This document shows positions 35,481 through 48,201 of a stretch of 64,000 nucleotides of DNA, piece after piece. The first letter of the stretch is position 1; each line of letters begins with the position of its first letter. Under the pieces are notes generated by a model. That model made no database searches. It was given only the letters and a program-made list of their open reading frames with translations, and was not told the DNA's origin. This DNA is from Camelus ferus. Lineage: Eukaryota. The stretch is taken from the NCBI RefSeq assembly GCF_009834535.1, contig NC_045707.1:49726001-49790000 (forward strand). Direction: 5' to 3'. The translations under genes and the position numbers were made by a program.

Positions 35481-35619
35481 CAGTAACATTCCCCTTACAT
35501 TTGTTGTCTCTCAAATATTAATACTCTAACTCAAGATTTTCAAAGCAGTTAAATAGAACAATGTTTGAGTTTACGCTTTCTGTTGACCTTAAAATGATTT
35601 GGGCCGCTTCTTTGTTTCC

Positions 35620-36400
35620 AATGTTATCCTGCTCTATTATCCTTCTTGTTCACTGAATTTCTTTCTATGCCTCTAACCAATCAAACTTGTCCCCCACATT
35701 TTACACTTGAAGAAACCCTTTACCTAGAAAGTATTTTTTCTGTTACCTCTACCTAGAACACATTTCCCAAAAATCTTTGTGTGACTGATGCTTTCATATA
35801 ATTCAGGTCTCAGCTCAAGAGTCCAATGAGTTCCTCCTTGGCCACCCAATATAGAGAAACCTACTGAGATACTCTCTAATGCATCACTAGATTTTATTTT
35901 CAATCTTTTTTTATTAGTATTGTATTTATTATCATCTCCTAACCTCTAGAACTGTGCTAATAGAAATATAATTGTGAATCATAAATGCAAGCCACATTTA
36001 CATTTTAAACTTTCTAGTTTCCTCACTAAAAAAATGTAAAAAAATTAATTTTAATAGTATATTTTATTTAATTCAGTATATCTCAAATATTACCATTTCA
36101 ATAGAAACCAATAAAAAATATAATGAGATATTTCATATTCCTTTTTTCATGCTAAGTAGTCAAAATCCAGGGTTTATTTTACACTGGCAACATACTGAAA
36201 TTTGAATGAGCCACATTTCAGGTACTCGGTGGCCACATGTCAAGTGTTCAGTAGCTTCAGGTGGCTGGTGGCTACCATGTAGGACAGTATAACTTAAAAC
36301 TCCTCTTCACGGGTGTATGCCTAGAACCTAAATTAGCATAATAGTGCCTGGCTCTTTGAGTGTACATTAATATGGAATGAGTAAATGAATGTTGAATGTG
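35620..36400 (+). mobile_element. L2 3' fragment split by MER33
   Basis: ttcaggtctcagctcaag..cctccttggccaccc; tail agcataatagtgcctggc..gaatgagtaaatgaatg. Confidence 0.6.
35948..36291 (+). mobile_element. MER33 hAT-Charlie MITE
   Basis: aatagaaatataat..aattaattttaatagtatattttatttaa..gccacatttcagg..gtggctggtggctaccatgtaggacag. Confidence 0.85.
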
Positions 36401-36611
36401 TGGAATATAAGTATTTTCTATCTTAGATTGAAAAAAGACCCATATTTTGTTAATGCCTAATTTGCACATGACAAAGATGACATTTTCTTGTATAATTTTA
36501 GGTGAATCAGGTCAAATTTATTTACCACTCAGGTTTTTAACATAGAGAACAAATTTGTGATGCAAGATAGCTGGACTCCATCACACAGATACATCTCTTA
36601 CCCCTTACTAC

Positions 36612-37077
36612 GATCCTCCAAAAGGTACCTACATCCTAACCTCTGGAACCTGTAAATGTTATCTTATATAGGAAAAAAAAAGACTTTGCAGTGGTGATTA
36701 AGCTAAGGATCTTGAGATGGAGAAATTACCCTGAACTATCAAGGTAGACCTAAATATAATCACATGTATCCTTATAATAGGGAGGCAAAGAGAAATTTGA
36801 CCACAAAAGAGAAGGTATTGGGACTCTGGAGGAGGCAGAGATAGAAGTGATGTAGCCACAAACCAAGGAATGCCAGCAGCCACCAGAGGCTGGAAGGGGC
36901 AAGGAACTGAATTTCCCCTGGAGCCTCCAGAGGCAGCCCTGCTGACACCTTGATTCAGCCAGTGAGACTGATTGTAGATTTCTGGCTCCCAGAACTGTGC
37001 AAGAGTAAATGTGTGTTGTTTTTAAGTAACCGAGTTTGTGGTAATTTGTTACAGCTGCCATAGGAAACTAATTTTAC
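36612..37077 (+). mobile_element. MaLR solo LTR (MLT1C/D-like)
   Basis: gccacaaaccaaggaatgccagcagccaccagaggctggaaggggcaaggaa..ttctggctcccagaactgtg..tttgtggtaatttgttacagctgccataggaaactaa. Confidence 0.9.
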
Positions 37078-37111
37078 GATTCATCAAGTCATCTCCATAT
37101 TAAATACACTT

Positions 37112-37648
37112 CTCTGATAGCTTGCAAAAATAGCCACACTATGCACTTGCCTCTGTATCCATGTCCCTTTGCAATGTGAATTAGCAGATCCTCTTGTTAA
37201 CGGATAGGGTTGGTTTCTCCACACTATCTGTTGCTTTGGCCAATGGAATGCCATGAAAGCAACATTCTGCCAGCTCCTAGTCTAGTCTCAGGATAGCTTG
37301 CAAACTTTCTTACTCTCACCTGGAACTCTCTGCACTTCCATGTGAATAAGCCTAGTCTAGCCTACTGGATGCAAGAGACAAGGGACCCAGGTGTCCCCCA
37401 TTGTCCAACCTGACAATGAACCATCTGCTGAAGTGTGAGTGAGGTTGTCTTTGGACAGCCAACTCCCAGTTGACCTGCCAGCCGCTGACTGCAGATAAAT
37501 GAGCAATTTCCACAGAGACCAAAATAACTGCCTCGCTGAGCCTAGCCCAGATTGCCAGCTATAGAATTGTAAGCTCAATAAATTGTTGTTGTTTAAAGCT
37601 ACTAACTGTTGGGGTAGCTTGTTATGCAGCAATAAATAACTGATATAC
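37112..37648 (+). mobile_element. MaLR solo LTR (MLT1F/G-like)
   Basis: ttgctttggccaatggaatg..ccatgtgaataagcctagtctagcctactggatg..gagcctagcccagattgcc..ttgttatgcagcaataaataactgata. Confidence 0.85.
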
Positions 37649-38556
37649 TCTCATAAAGCAAATTCCTTCTACATGTGTTCAACTCTCCTATACAGATTCA
37701 GAGGAGTCTGCCAAAAAAGAACAGCTTGTAGTCTCACTTGGGGACAGTGCCAACTATTCCATTTTCTACAGGAACTCTACAGAGCAAAATTTTCTACAGA
37801 AGCAACATTTCATCATGTTGAGTATCTCAATGAATACTTCACTAAGGCCAACTTCTCATCACATATCACAGTAGAGAAAATACAGACCTAGAATTTCAAG
37901 GTAGATATAAGCACATAGCTGATCTAAACATTTATTAAATATCTTGTTTCCCACCAAATACAGTTTTGAGTGATATTAAATCCTTTTTGCCCAGGAAAGA
38001 TGAATCAGTTACAAAATATACTTCTGTTAACTATAAGAACTAACCTGTTGAAGTTAGTTAGTCTGGTCAACTTGAATTCCTGAACAATAGCTGACAAAGA
38101 ATCATGATTCTAATTTTGTCACAGTTGATATGAAATTTCACTTTCTGACAGTAATTAGCCACTAATTTTAGTTAGTTCTTACTCTTGGTCCTGAATAAGA
38201 ATAAAGCCATGCTAGAAGAGAATAGAGGAGTTGTAGTCTCCCTGTTTGCTAAGGCAGGAACTCAATTTATCTGGGTGATAGTCACATAAGTGACTAAGAG
38301 ATGCCAGGACATGACCTGGTACCAATGTTTAAAATTGGGATCCAAGGAAACATTTCAAAAATTGGCACTTGACTAGCAGTCCAGGCTGCAGACTGTCCCT
38401 ACAGCTTGATAAAATACCTACAAAGGCAGAGGAAAGACAAAAATTGATGACAACGAAAACTAAAACTGACAATCATACTACCACCAGAAACAGAGAGAAT
38501 TCCATTCACTACAGGAACTAGGGAGGCGAATTGTAAATCGTAATAGCAGCCACTTT

Positions 38557-39126
38557 TTTTTTTTTTAATTTTTTAAATTGAAGTACAGTCAGTTACAACG
38601 TGTCAGTTTCTGGTGTATAGCACAATGTCCCAGTCATGCATATACATATATATATTCATTTTCATATTATTTTTCATTAAAGGTTATTACAAGATGTTGA
38701 ACATAGTTCCCTGTGCTATACAGAGGAAACTTTTTAAATCTATTTTTATATATAGTGGCTAACATTTGTAAATCTCAAACTCCCATATTTATCCCTTCCC
38801 ATCCCCTTTCCCTGGTAACCATAAGATTGTTTACTATGTCTGTGAGTCTGTGTCTGTTTTGTAGATGAGTTCATACTGTCCTTTTTTTTTCTTTCTTTTG
38901 ATTCCACTTATGAGTGATATCATATGGTATTTTTCTTTCTCTTTCTGACTTAATTAACTTAGAATGATGATCTCTAGGTCCATCCATGTTGCTGCAAATG
39001 GCATTATTTTGTTCCTTTTTATGGCTGAGTAGTATTCCATTGTATAAATATACCACTACTTCTTCATCCAGTCACCTGTCAATGGACATTTAGGTTGCTT
39101 CCATGTCTTGGCTATTGTATACAGTG
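38557..39126 (-). mobile_element. Younger camelid-type L1 3' end, 5'-truncated, with 13-bp TSD
   Basis: Poly(T) on the left; gttccctgtgctatacag; catccatgttgctgcaaatggcattatt (end of ORF2). TSD tagcagccacttt (38544-38556) / tagcagctacttt (39127-39139). Confidence 0.92.
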
Positions 39127-39381
39127 TAGCAGCTACTTTAAATAGAGAAAATTGGCAACTTGAAAGAATATAGGAGGAACTTTCTTTTATCCTTCACTGT
39201 AGATCATGCAGATCTACAGTATGTAGCATAATACATCAGTACTAGCCAGAACACAGGGCAAAGGATCCCACCCAGGACAAAAAAACCTTCAGAGGAAGAC
39301 AGCATACTCTACCCCAGCCTGGTCCTTATTATTACCTTATTTTTTTGGAGAATAAAATTCCCAAAACACAAAAAGTAAGTG

Positions 39382-39401
39382 GTGTGTGTGTGTGTGTGTG
39401 T
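39382..39401. repeat. (GT)10 microsatellite
   Basis: Direct read. Confidence 0.9.
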
Positions 39402-39699
39402 AGGAAGAGGAGGAAGATATGGTGGTGACAATAGATGTATTGCATGCTTAGAAAAACTGATTCAACAACTTAAGGCACTATGAGCAAAAGTGAAAATAGG
39501 AACAATCTGTGAATCAACCATGCGGACCCTAATTTTGCTTTTACTCTGTTGGTTAAAAGTATCAAACAACAGATACTTTGAGTGGCATAGAATCCATCTC
39601 AATGCAGCCAACCTGCAGCATGTAAATAGTTTAGGACTCGTGAACAGTTTATCTGCTCCCCAACTGGAAGTGGTTTATGACAAATTCTTTGGCACAAGG

Positions 39700-41450
39700 G
39701 AAATTCTTACCACAATAAAAGAAAAAGAAAACTTCTGTATTTTCAGTAAAATAAAAGAAGATAAGAAACTTCTGAATAAGGAGTAAAATTCAAAAAGAGT
39801 GACATAATAAATGTGAAAACAGAATTGGAATCAGGTAATATTTACATGACATTAGAAATGAAAAATCTGACTTAAAATAGAAAGCTGTGATAAAATGTAA
39901 TCACTAGCACAATTGAGACAAATAGAAGATATTGAATTAGTGACTAAGGTCAAAATTTAGAAATCTCTTCTAAAAATGAAAAGAAAAAAATGACAAAAGT
40001 AAAAATAATAAAGTCCAAAGAATAGAAATTCAATAAATGGATAAATTGGTATTATTGAAGAACCCTGAACCAAAAGAGCAAAATCCTGATTGAAAATGTA
40101 ATGGAAGAAACTTTTACTGACTGAAATGAAGGCCTAAGTCTTCAAATTTAAAGAATTTGCTTTGTACTCTAAAAATAATGAAAAGAGGTCCATAACAAAA
40201 CATATTATAGGAAATTTTTATTATGAAGATGAATAAATCTCTATAAGTATTTATGTAGAAAAAATAGATTGATAACAATGGAATAAAATAATTTTGTCTT
40301 CAGGGTTCTCTGCAATATTACCTTAAGATGACAGTGTTATATTTATAAAGTTTTGAGAGGCAAACCTTATATCAGCCAAGGACTCATTTATATCTGGAGA
40401 TAACACGGAGGAAAATAAGAAAATATAGAAACTACATTAATAATATTTGCAGCATATGGATGCTCTTTGTTTTTTGTTTGTCATTCTCTGCTTTATCTGA
40501 ATTTTTCATAATGCACAACAAAGCTACATAGATAAAATTCTTGAGAGAATCCAGAAAATCTCTCAAAATTTCTTCAAGCTTTATTTAGTGCATCATGTAT
40601 TTTGTAAAATCTACTTCTTCTAAATTATCAGCATTTAGACTTAAGTTTTAAAACTCTCTTATTAAAAGTAAAAAAGATTAGACTAAGAAGCAACCCACAA
40701 TTTAAAAAATAGACACTTGGTAAATAATGAAGAAATCATATAAAAACTTATAAAATGTTTCTCAAGATGACCCATAGAGGCAAATTTATTACTATAATTT
40801 ATTATTTAATAAAAGAATGAAAAACTATTACATTCAAGACATTAGAACATAGAAAAGAAAAACAAATTAACAGCAAGTCCAAATTCTTTTAAAAATTATA
40901 ATAGACTAATTTCTCATGAATATAATAAAAGTAGTACACAAATGGACAAAGTTAGAATGTAAAGGAGATATTATTATAATTACTGGAGAATTTTTTAAAC
41001 TATAGTATACTAAGTACAACTCTGTACTGGTTGCTTATAAAATCTTGACAAAGTGAATTATTTTCTTGAAAACACTGTTTCAAATCATAGAAGAGTCTGG
41101 ACCCATTTCATCTTATGATTCTGGTATAACTTTCATAGTATAACTGTCAGTTTGTGAGCAGTTATTGTGAGTCACCAATAAATATGTGTGTCTCCAGAAT
41201 TCCTCTCTGTTATATCATACTCTGGTCTCATATACCCAAAATTTATATTCACTAATAGCTATATCAAAACCAAGCTCATCATTGATATTTATTATAATCC
41301 TTTTAGAAAAAATAGGTAAGATATTCTAAAACTGGATTTTAGTAATGGTTTCACAATGGTATACATTTACTAAAACTCATTGAATACTACAGTTCAAATG
41401 ATTAAGTTTTAGGGTATGTAAATTATATCTCAATATATAGTCTGCCTAAG
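39700..41450 (+). mobile_element. Highly decayed old L1 (ORF1/ORF2 remnants and 3' end)
   Basis: Very A-rich plus strand with L1-like motifs: ttttgagaggcaaaccttatatcagccaag; cttgacaaagtgaattattttcttgaaaa; ggtatgtaaattatatctcaata. Confidence 0.6.
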
Positions 41451-41512
41451 AGAATCAAGCTAAATAAACAAACTGCTTTTTTTTTTTAAATAAAATTATT
41501 CAAGTGTCTGTA

Positions 41513-41922
41513 TGTGTTAGGCTGCTTGTGCTGCCATAACAAAAGGCCACAGACTGGTGGCTTAAACAGCGAATTTATTTCCTCCCAGTTCTGGAGGCTA
41601 GAAACTCAAGATCAGGATCTGACTGGGTTAGTCTCTGGTGAGACCTTTATTCCTGGTTTGCAGATGGCCATCCATGTTCTGTCTGTGTCCCCACATGTTC
41701 TTTCCTCTGTGTAAACAGAGGAAGAGAAAGAGAGAGCTCTGGTGATTCTTCCTCTTCTTGTAAGGACACCAGTCCTATCAGATTAGGGCCCCACCCTTAG
41801 GACCTCATTTAACCTTAATTACCTCCCTAAAGATCCTCTTTCCAAAAACAGTCCCATTGCGGGCTAGAGTTTCAACATATGAATTTGGCAGCAGAGGAAG
41901 GACACAATTCAGTCCATTATAC
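41513..41922 (-). mobile_element. MaLR solo LTR (MLT1A/MLT1A0-like)
   Basis: gctgccataacaaaaggccacagactggtggcttaaacag..cagttctggaggctag..gacctcatttaaccttaattacctcc..ggacacaattcagtccat. Confidence 0.9.
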
Positions 41923-42500
41923 TAGGTAACTTCCTCTGATTTTTGCTTAAAGTTCTATTTTGCATTATAGTCTTTTCTGCCTTCCCAGTGATCTTTACCA
42001 AACTAAGAGATATGATGGACAGTCCCAGTAAACCGTGAGGCAGCTGGGACGCCTGGCTATGATTTCATAGTATTTGCTTAGCAGAGAATATCCGAAATTA
42101 CTATGAGTCGTCTTTTTACAAAAATTTACTCATCACAAGACCCTCTTGCCACTTCAGTTTTCTCAACCCCCAGATCTTAACATGGAAGTAAGGGGTAGAT
42201 TTATATTCAGCAATAGTTGTATTACAGAAAGAAAAATAATTAGAAAGAAATGGCCACTAACATTAGATAAGTTTTCTATCTCAGAAATTAACATAATTAA
42301 AGAATTATTTATTAAATAATAATATTGACCTTGTCAATAGGTACCAAGGGCCTTAAAGTTCATTGACTGTATAATTCTGCTTTTCAGAATTTCTCCTAAA
42401 TATATCATCAGAAATTTGCCCATAAATGTATGTCAAGTTGTCCATTTTAGCATTATATGTAACAAAAAAAGTATCAGCAACCTAAATAAAGAAATGTTGT

Positions 42501-42830
42501 GTATCTATTTTATGTGTAGTAGTTAGTACCTATAAATCTCAAATTCCTAATTTATCCCTTCCCACCCCCTTCCCCTCTCCGAGATTTGCAGATACTAACT
42601 TCTGTATATACTTTCTGTATATAAAATAGATAAACAAGTTTATACTGTATAGCACAGGGAACTATATTCAATATTTTGAAGTAACTCATGGTTAAAAGAA
42701 TATGAAAACAAATATAGGTATATTTCTATATGACAGAGGTATTGTGCTGTATACCAGAAATTGACACAACATTGCAAACTGACTGTACTTCAATAAAAAT
42801 ATATTTTTAAAAAATATAAATAAATAAAAA
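42501..42830 (+). mobile_element. Camelid-type L1 3' end with an inverted 5' segment (42501-42580 on minus)
   Basis: The plus part has ctgtatagcacagggaactatattcaata..ccagaaattgacacaacattg..ctgactgtacttcaataaaaa. The left 80 bp (ctcaaattcctaatttatcccttcccacccc) is antisense to the same 3' UTR. Confidence 0.85.
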
Positions 42831-43203
42831 TACATTATGCAACATAAAAAATAAAATAATTCAATAAATAAATGAATAAGGAAACAGTTAAGTAAATTGT
42901 GATATATTCCTACCAATAAGTATTAAATAACCATTAAATTTAATAATTGCCTGAAAATTTTACATGGGATGAGAACGTATTCACAAAATAGTGTAAAAAT
43001 TTTATGTATGGAGGTTGTTGGTTAACCAATTCAGGATTCTGAGAATTATTAAAGGAAAATGCATTTTCCCATTTTTCTGCATTTCTTGTACAAAACATAT
43101 TTTTAGATAACACAATATTGATGAATGAAAGTTCTTCATTGAAGAATTCTAACTAACAAAGGCAAAAAGAATGTTAGAATTAGAAATGGCCATATTGCAG
43201 CTG

Positions 43204-43348
43204 AAAGAGATGAAGGAAGGAAGGAAAGAAGGAAGGGAAGGAGGGAGGGAGGGAAGGAGGGAGGGAGGGAAGGAAGGAAAGAAGGAGGAGAAAGGAGATG
43301 AGAGAAAGGAAAGGAAAGGAAAGGAAAGGAAAGAAAGAGGAAAAAGAG
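43204..43348 (+). repeat. Purine-rich (GGAA/GGAG/GGAAA)n compound microsatellite
   Basis: Direct read; almost exclusively A and G. Confidence 0.95.
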
Positions 43349-43569
43349 CTCATAATGAATGGATGGTAAAACCATTAAGGGAACTTTAAAAATGAGTGGG
43401 TCAGGCTGACACCACAAAAACCAACTGATCAAGTCCAGCATCATTAAAAATGGAACAGTCAAGACATACACCTCATGAAGTAGTATAATAGGGAGTGCAC
43501 AGTCCCACCTTGAAGTATTCCTGCCAGAAGATAAATAATAATGTATAAAATTGGACCTAAATCCAATCA

Positions 43570-43910
43570 AGAATCTAGACTGCTCTTTCTCCCAGACTCC
43601 TTTGTCAGCTACTGTTCTGCTGGATGTAGTCAATGAGACATCTAATGGGAAGTGCTGATCAGAGGTGGGGAAGGAAGACAGAAGGGAGGCTATTTCTCCT
43701 TCTCTGCCTTGGGGATTGTCTCTGGCAGCAGATGTATCTCCTCCTTGACTCCAGCTACCACTAAAAAAACCCATCCTGGTTCCAGCTTCCTTCAGGTAAC
43801 CCTGGCCACTGGGCTCTGATAACATCACCTCCTCCCTCGGTTTCTCCAGTGGTTACTAATCTCATGCATGATGATTTCTGTTTTCCTGATTGGGCTGTGA
43901 CCAATTCAGT
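43570..43910 (+). mobile_element. ERVL LTR33-like solo LTR
   Basis: gatcagaggtggggaaggaagacagaaggg..tatttctcc..ctctggcagcag..ccctggccactgggctctgataac..gatttctgttttcctgattggg. Confidence 0.55.
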
Positions 43911-44167
43911 AATTCTTTTGAGTTGATCTACAGAACTTCTTGGAGGAAGAGATAGTTGGCACTTAGCCTGTGATTCTTCTGAATGATCGGCTTTAGTGAT
44001 TGTCTTTTTTTTTAATCGAAGTTTATTAAATTTTCTGATGAGACAGTGTGTATTGGTCAAGGATTTCATTTGACATGTGAAAGGGAATTTTTTTTATTGG
44101 GATAATATAAAGGCTTCTGTAAGTGCTTAATTAGGAGACAAACGACAGCCATCCTCCTCTGTTTAAG

Positions 44168-44270
44168 ATGGTGGTTCTCAACATGGTTCTCCATCAGAAT
44201 GGTATAGGGAGTCTTAAAAATCACTCACACCAAGGAGATTCTGATGTAAATAGTCTAGAATGAGTAATTT
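44168..44270. mobile_element. MER5A-like fragment
   Basis: gtggttctcaac..catcagaat..gagattctgatgtaaatagtctag. Confidence 0.5.
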
Positions 44271-44299
44271 TTAGAGCAGACATTTTAGATTCACTCATT

Positions 44300-44745
44300 T
44301 TAGATCCACAAGGAATGACAATTTCAGGTGCAGTTTGCTCCAGCTCCATTTCTCTGCAATTCTCTTCCTTATATCAAGTTTGACTTCAGACTTGATATTT
44401 CTCATTGTAGCAAAATGGCTGCAGCACTATCAGGCCTCACATCTGCATACCATATCATCCAGAGAAAGAGAACGTATCTCTCCAGATAAATTCTGAAGAA
44501 AAACAAGGATTCTTCTTTTCTAGAAATCCCTGGAAAACATATCCTGGTTTTTCTTAAGCCCATTTTGGTTCATGAAACTTAATCCTTGTGGTCAGGAGAA
44601 TGAACTGGGCTTCAGTCAGTCAGGGCCCATCCCTAGAACTAGGGATGAAGTTGCTGTCTCCTGAGACAATGAAAACTAAGTTACTGTTGCCATGGGAAAA
44701 GGCAATGAATGCCAAGAAGCCGAGAACAGCAAGTGTCTGCTACAC
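44300..44745 (-). mobile_element. Old MaLR LTR (MLT1K/L-like)
   Basis: ctcattgtagcaaaatggctgcagcactatcaggcctcacatctgca..catccagagaaagaga. Confidence 0.6.
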
Positions 44746-45944
44746 ATAGAGGAAGGAGAGTGTTTTAAAATTGATGAGAAAATAATTGTTCAGATGTTTT
44801 CCTTTAAATTACAGCCTCTAGGAGTTTATCTAATGAACATTCATGGCAGCCAATGGAGATCAGATGGACATTCTGAAGACTCAATCATTTAGTCAGTTTA
44901 CTATCCAGGTTAGTACTACTAGTTGAAAGTTTTATTTGTTCTTCAGCTTAAAATAATTTTTATTCTTAGTTATATATTATATAATTTAATACCCATAAGG
45001 GACCACTGTTTGGAGACAGAAAGACATACATATTGATATGTGTTGTTCATGTTCACCCAGCATCTTCTGATGATAACACCATTTTCTTCTGGGAGAGCAT
45101 CAGCACCTCTTTCCTAGTGGGTACAATATAAGTGGGACATCCCCGTCTACCATAGCCACGCAGTGAGCATGTTATCCAGAGTAGGCCAACCCAACTGCTT
45201 TTCCTGGGACAGGAAACAATGATAGCTGATTCATCTCTGTGATGATACTTTAACAGGACTATTAAATTAGCTACTGCTCACAAAACCTAATAGCTTTGCA
45301 GGTTCTTGCTGTTTCTGACCTGGTCCTTGAGCTTCCTTTGATGTGTGCGTCATCCATGGCCTTACAGTCAATTCTCTTTTTGCTTGATTTTTCAAGAATA
45401 GTTTTCTATGGTTTCAACATATAATCCTGATACGAAGCATAAAATGATCATTCTGAACATTTCCTTCAGGATAATCAACAATGAATCGTAAACTGCATGT
45501 CTGATCAAACTTTTTTTATGCAGTGCATTGGTGTACTTCTAGTACTTTAAAATCATTGTTGAAAAGGAAATATAATAACATTCTACCCAAACTGACTTAT
45601 AATTTGTTAGGAATAAAGGCCTTCTAAACTCTCAATATGTTATTTGTGGATAAGTGTTTGGCATAGCAGCCTGAAGCCTTCTCTTTTATCCAACCACTTA
45701 GAAACAAAAAACAACAATTATGAAAATAAGCTAGCTCCTTTTTTAAGCAAGTGGTGAAAATTCTAAGCATAGCTACAAAAGTGGTTTTTTTGCCAAGGTT
45801 TGATAAATAATAGGCTGTTACATTTTAGTATGTTTTAATGTATATGTAATTTTAAATGAAACATATATTATTTTAATTGGTTCATCAACAAATTATGCTT
45901 TTTCTCATACAATAAAATTCAAGAAAATTAAGCTTTTTCTTAAT

Positions 45945-46235
45945 AAGTCATGGGGAGTGTAATGTACAGCATAGCAACTGAAGTTAGTAATAATGTGTTG
46001 CGTATTTGAAAGTTGCTAAGAGAGTTGACCTTAAAAGTTCTTATCACAAGAAAAAAAAATCTGTAACTGCTTATGGTGATGGATGTTACATATACTTATT
46101 GTGGTCATCATTTTACAATGTATACAAATATTGAATCATGATGTACACTTGAAACTAATATAATGTATGTCAGTTGTACTTCAGTAAAATTCAGTTTTTA
46201 CCTCAGTAAAAAAAAAAAAGAAAAAGAAAAAGAAA
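45945..46235 (+). mobile_element. L1MA-type 3' end with A-rich tail
   Basis: taatgtacagcatagcaact..ttgaaagttgctaagagagttgaccttaaaagttcttatcacaag; tail aaaaaaaaaaaagaaaaagaaaaag. Confidence 0.85.
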
Positions 46236-47502
46236 ATTAAGTATTTTCTAAAGCCCAATGATATATTTAAGTATATAGTGACTAATGTATAATGTATATA
46301 AAACAATATTAAGAAAAAGAATAAAAATGTATACAGTAATCTTTGAAGACATACTGATCTGAAAATTTTACTTGCCTTTCAAATCACTTACTTCATACAA
46401 ATAATAGGAATTATTTTTAACTTCTAGGAGCCCTAGATAGATTATGTATTTCATTGAAAGGTGTTCGAGTCAAAAAAGAAAAGCTGGGAAACACTGATAC
46501 GCGTCCTTCCTTGACAGGAACCAGCGAGGTCACGCAGATAACCCTGAGAGGTTAGACACAAACAGGGTTCCTTGGACTGTCAGAGCCCATCAGACATTCT
46601 TGCTTTCTGCCACCACAAATACACTTCAGGACTTGTAGAAAAGTGAATTCTCATCAGCTTCGAGGCAATATCAGTTACTTTATCAACTCCAAAACCATAG
46701 TTTCTATATCATTACATTTATGATTGCCTGTGTGCCTCCAGATGAGTCTTCAATTGGACCCACACATTTCGAGGCTAAAATACAGAGGAGCTGGCAAGGA
46801 CCCCCTGCCCATATCAGTGTTGGATGACATTGCTCAATTAAGATTTCATACATCTGAGTTTACAGAGATGGAACTTCCAAGAGGTTCTAAAGGCATATAG
46901 AACTGACCACCCTCCTCCCATTCTCTGCTAGGAATTTGCTGTGACATCAAGGCAGAGAGCTAGGAATGGACAGAGTGACTTTTACTATGTCCCTTTGGTT
47001 GTTTCTGTAGCCCCAATTTTTGAATGTATCTGCTACTTCCCGCTATCTCTGATGAAATTGATACATAAACTTCCAATAATGCAGGATCCCATGACATTCA
47101 AAGTCTATAAGTAATACAGAATAATTCAAAGTTCTTGGACAAGATTGTTCCCTTTGTTAAATGGGCTGCCCTGATAAGCACAGGAGGCGTAAAATTAGAA
47201 GGCTGCAGAAGGCCACAACATCAGGCCTTTAAAATACTTGTAGGTCTTATGTTAGCTTGCACTAGGACCTTATCTGACTCCCATGACATGATGAATGTCT
47301 TGTGGCTAAGAAAATCTCATTCTAGACAGAGTTTCCATGTTCCTCTAAGTAACCACAAAATCCTAAGATCTACAGCTGCAAAACTTGAATAAATAAACAA
47401 GCAAATAAATGGAAGAGTTTTAATCAACCATAGTATCTACCAATGTGCTATACCCAATTGATTAGACTTCTTGACATGTTATTTCTGAAAATGTGGCATT
47501 TT

Positions 47503-48201
47503 TTATCAATTATTTTATTTTTTGGTGAGAACATTTAACTTCTACTCTCTTAGCAAATTTTAATTATATAATTCAGTGTCATTAACTATATTTACCATGT
47601 TAATACATCAGATCTCAAACTTTATTTATCTTATAACTGAAAGTTTGTATCCTTTTACCAACCTCTCCCTATTTTCCCCAAGTCAGATTTAGCCCTGACT
47701 TAATTTTTTTTAAATAAGTCTAGTTGATTTACAATGTTGTGTTGGTTTCAGGCATACAGCAAAGTGATTCAGATTTTTTTTTCATTGTAGGTTATTACAA
47801 GATATTGAATATAATTCCCTGTGCTATACAGTAAATTCTCATGGTTTATCTCTTTTATACATAGTAGTATGTATCTGTTAATCCTATACTCCCAATTTAT
47901 ACCCCCTTTCCCCTTGGCAACCATAAGTTTGTTTTCTATGTCTGTAGGGCTGTTCCTGTTTTGTAAATAAATCATTTGTATTATTTTTTACATTCCACAT
48001 GTAAGTGATAGCATATAATATTTGTCTTTCTCTGTCTTACCTATTTCACTTACTATGATAGTCTCTATGTCCATCCATATTGCTACAGATAGCAATATTT
48101 CATTCTTTTTTATGGCTGAGTAGTAGTCCATCAAGTATGTCATATATGTGTCACATCTTCTTTATCTGTTCATCTGTTGATGGACACTTAGGTTGCTTTC
48201 A
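47503..48201 (-). mobile_element. Cetartiodactyl/camelid L1 3' end (47703-48201) plus a downstream L1MA-type segment (47503-47690) within one putative TSD
   Basis: ttccctgtgctatacagta and ttcattcttttttatggctgagtagtag. Flanks are tgaaaatgtggcatttt (47486-47502) and tgaaaatgcacatttt (48202-48217). Confidence 0.85.

Larger units (their letters stand above)
42230..43565 (+). mobile_element. Old L1M (MC/ME-type) 3' remnants hosting younger insertions
   Basis: ataattctgcttttcagaatttctcctaa; agttaagtaaattgtgatatattc; caactgatcaagtccagcatcattaaaaatggaaca. Confidence 0.55.

Noticed and set aside
38871..39056. ORF resembling the L1 ORF2 C-terminal region (also 47769-47975)
   Set aside because: Fragment of a 5'-truncated L1, not a gene.
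39196..39220. Perfect 10-bp inverted repeat actgtagatc-N5-gatctacagt
   Set aside because: About one such stem is expected by chance in 64 kb; no supporting context.
43136..43828. Longest ORF (230 aa, minus)
   Set aside because: It runs through an LTR33-like element, an L1 remnant and a (TTCC)n microsatellite; the F/L/P/S-rich tail is repeat translation.
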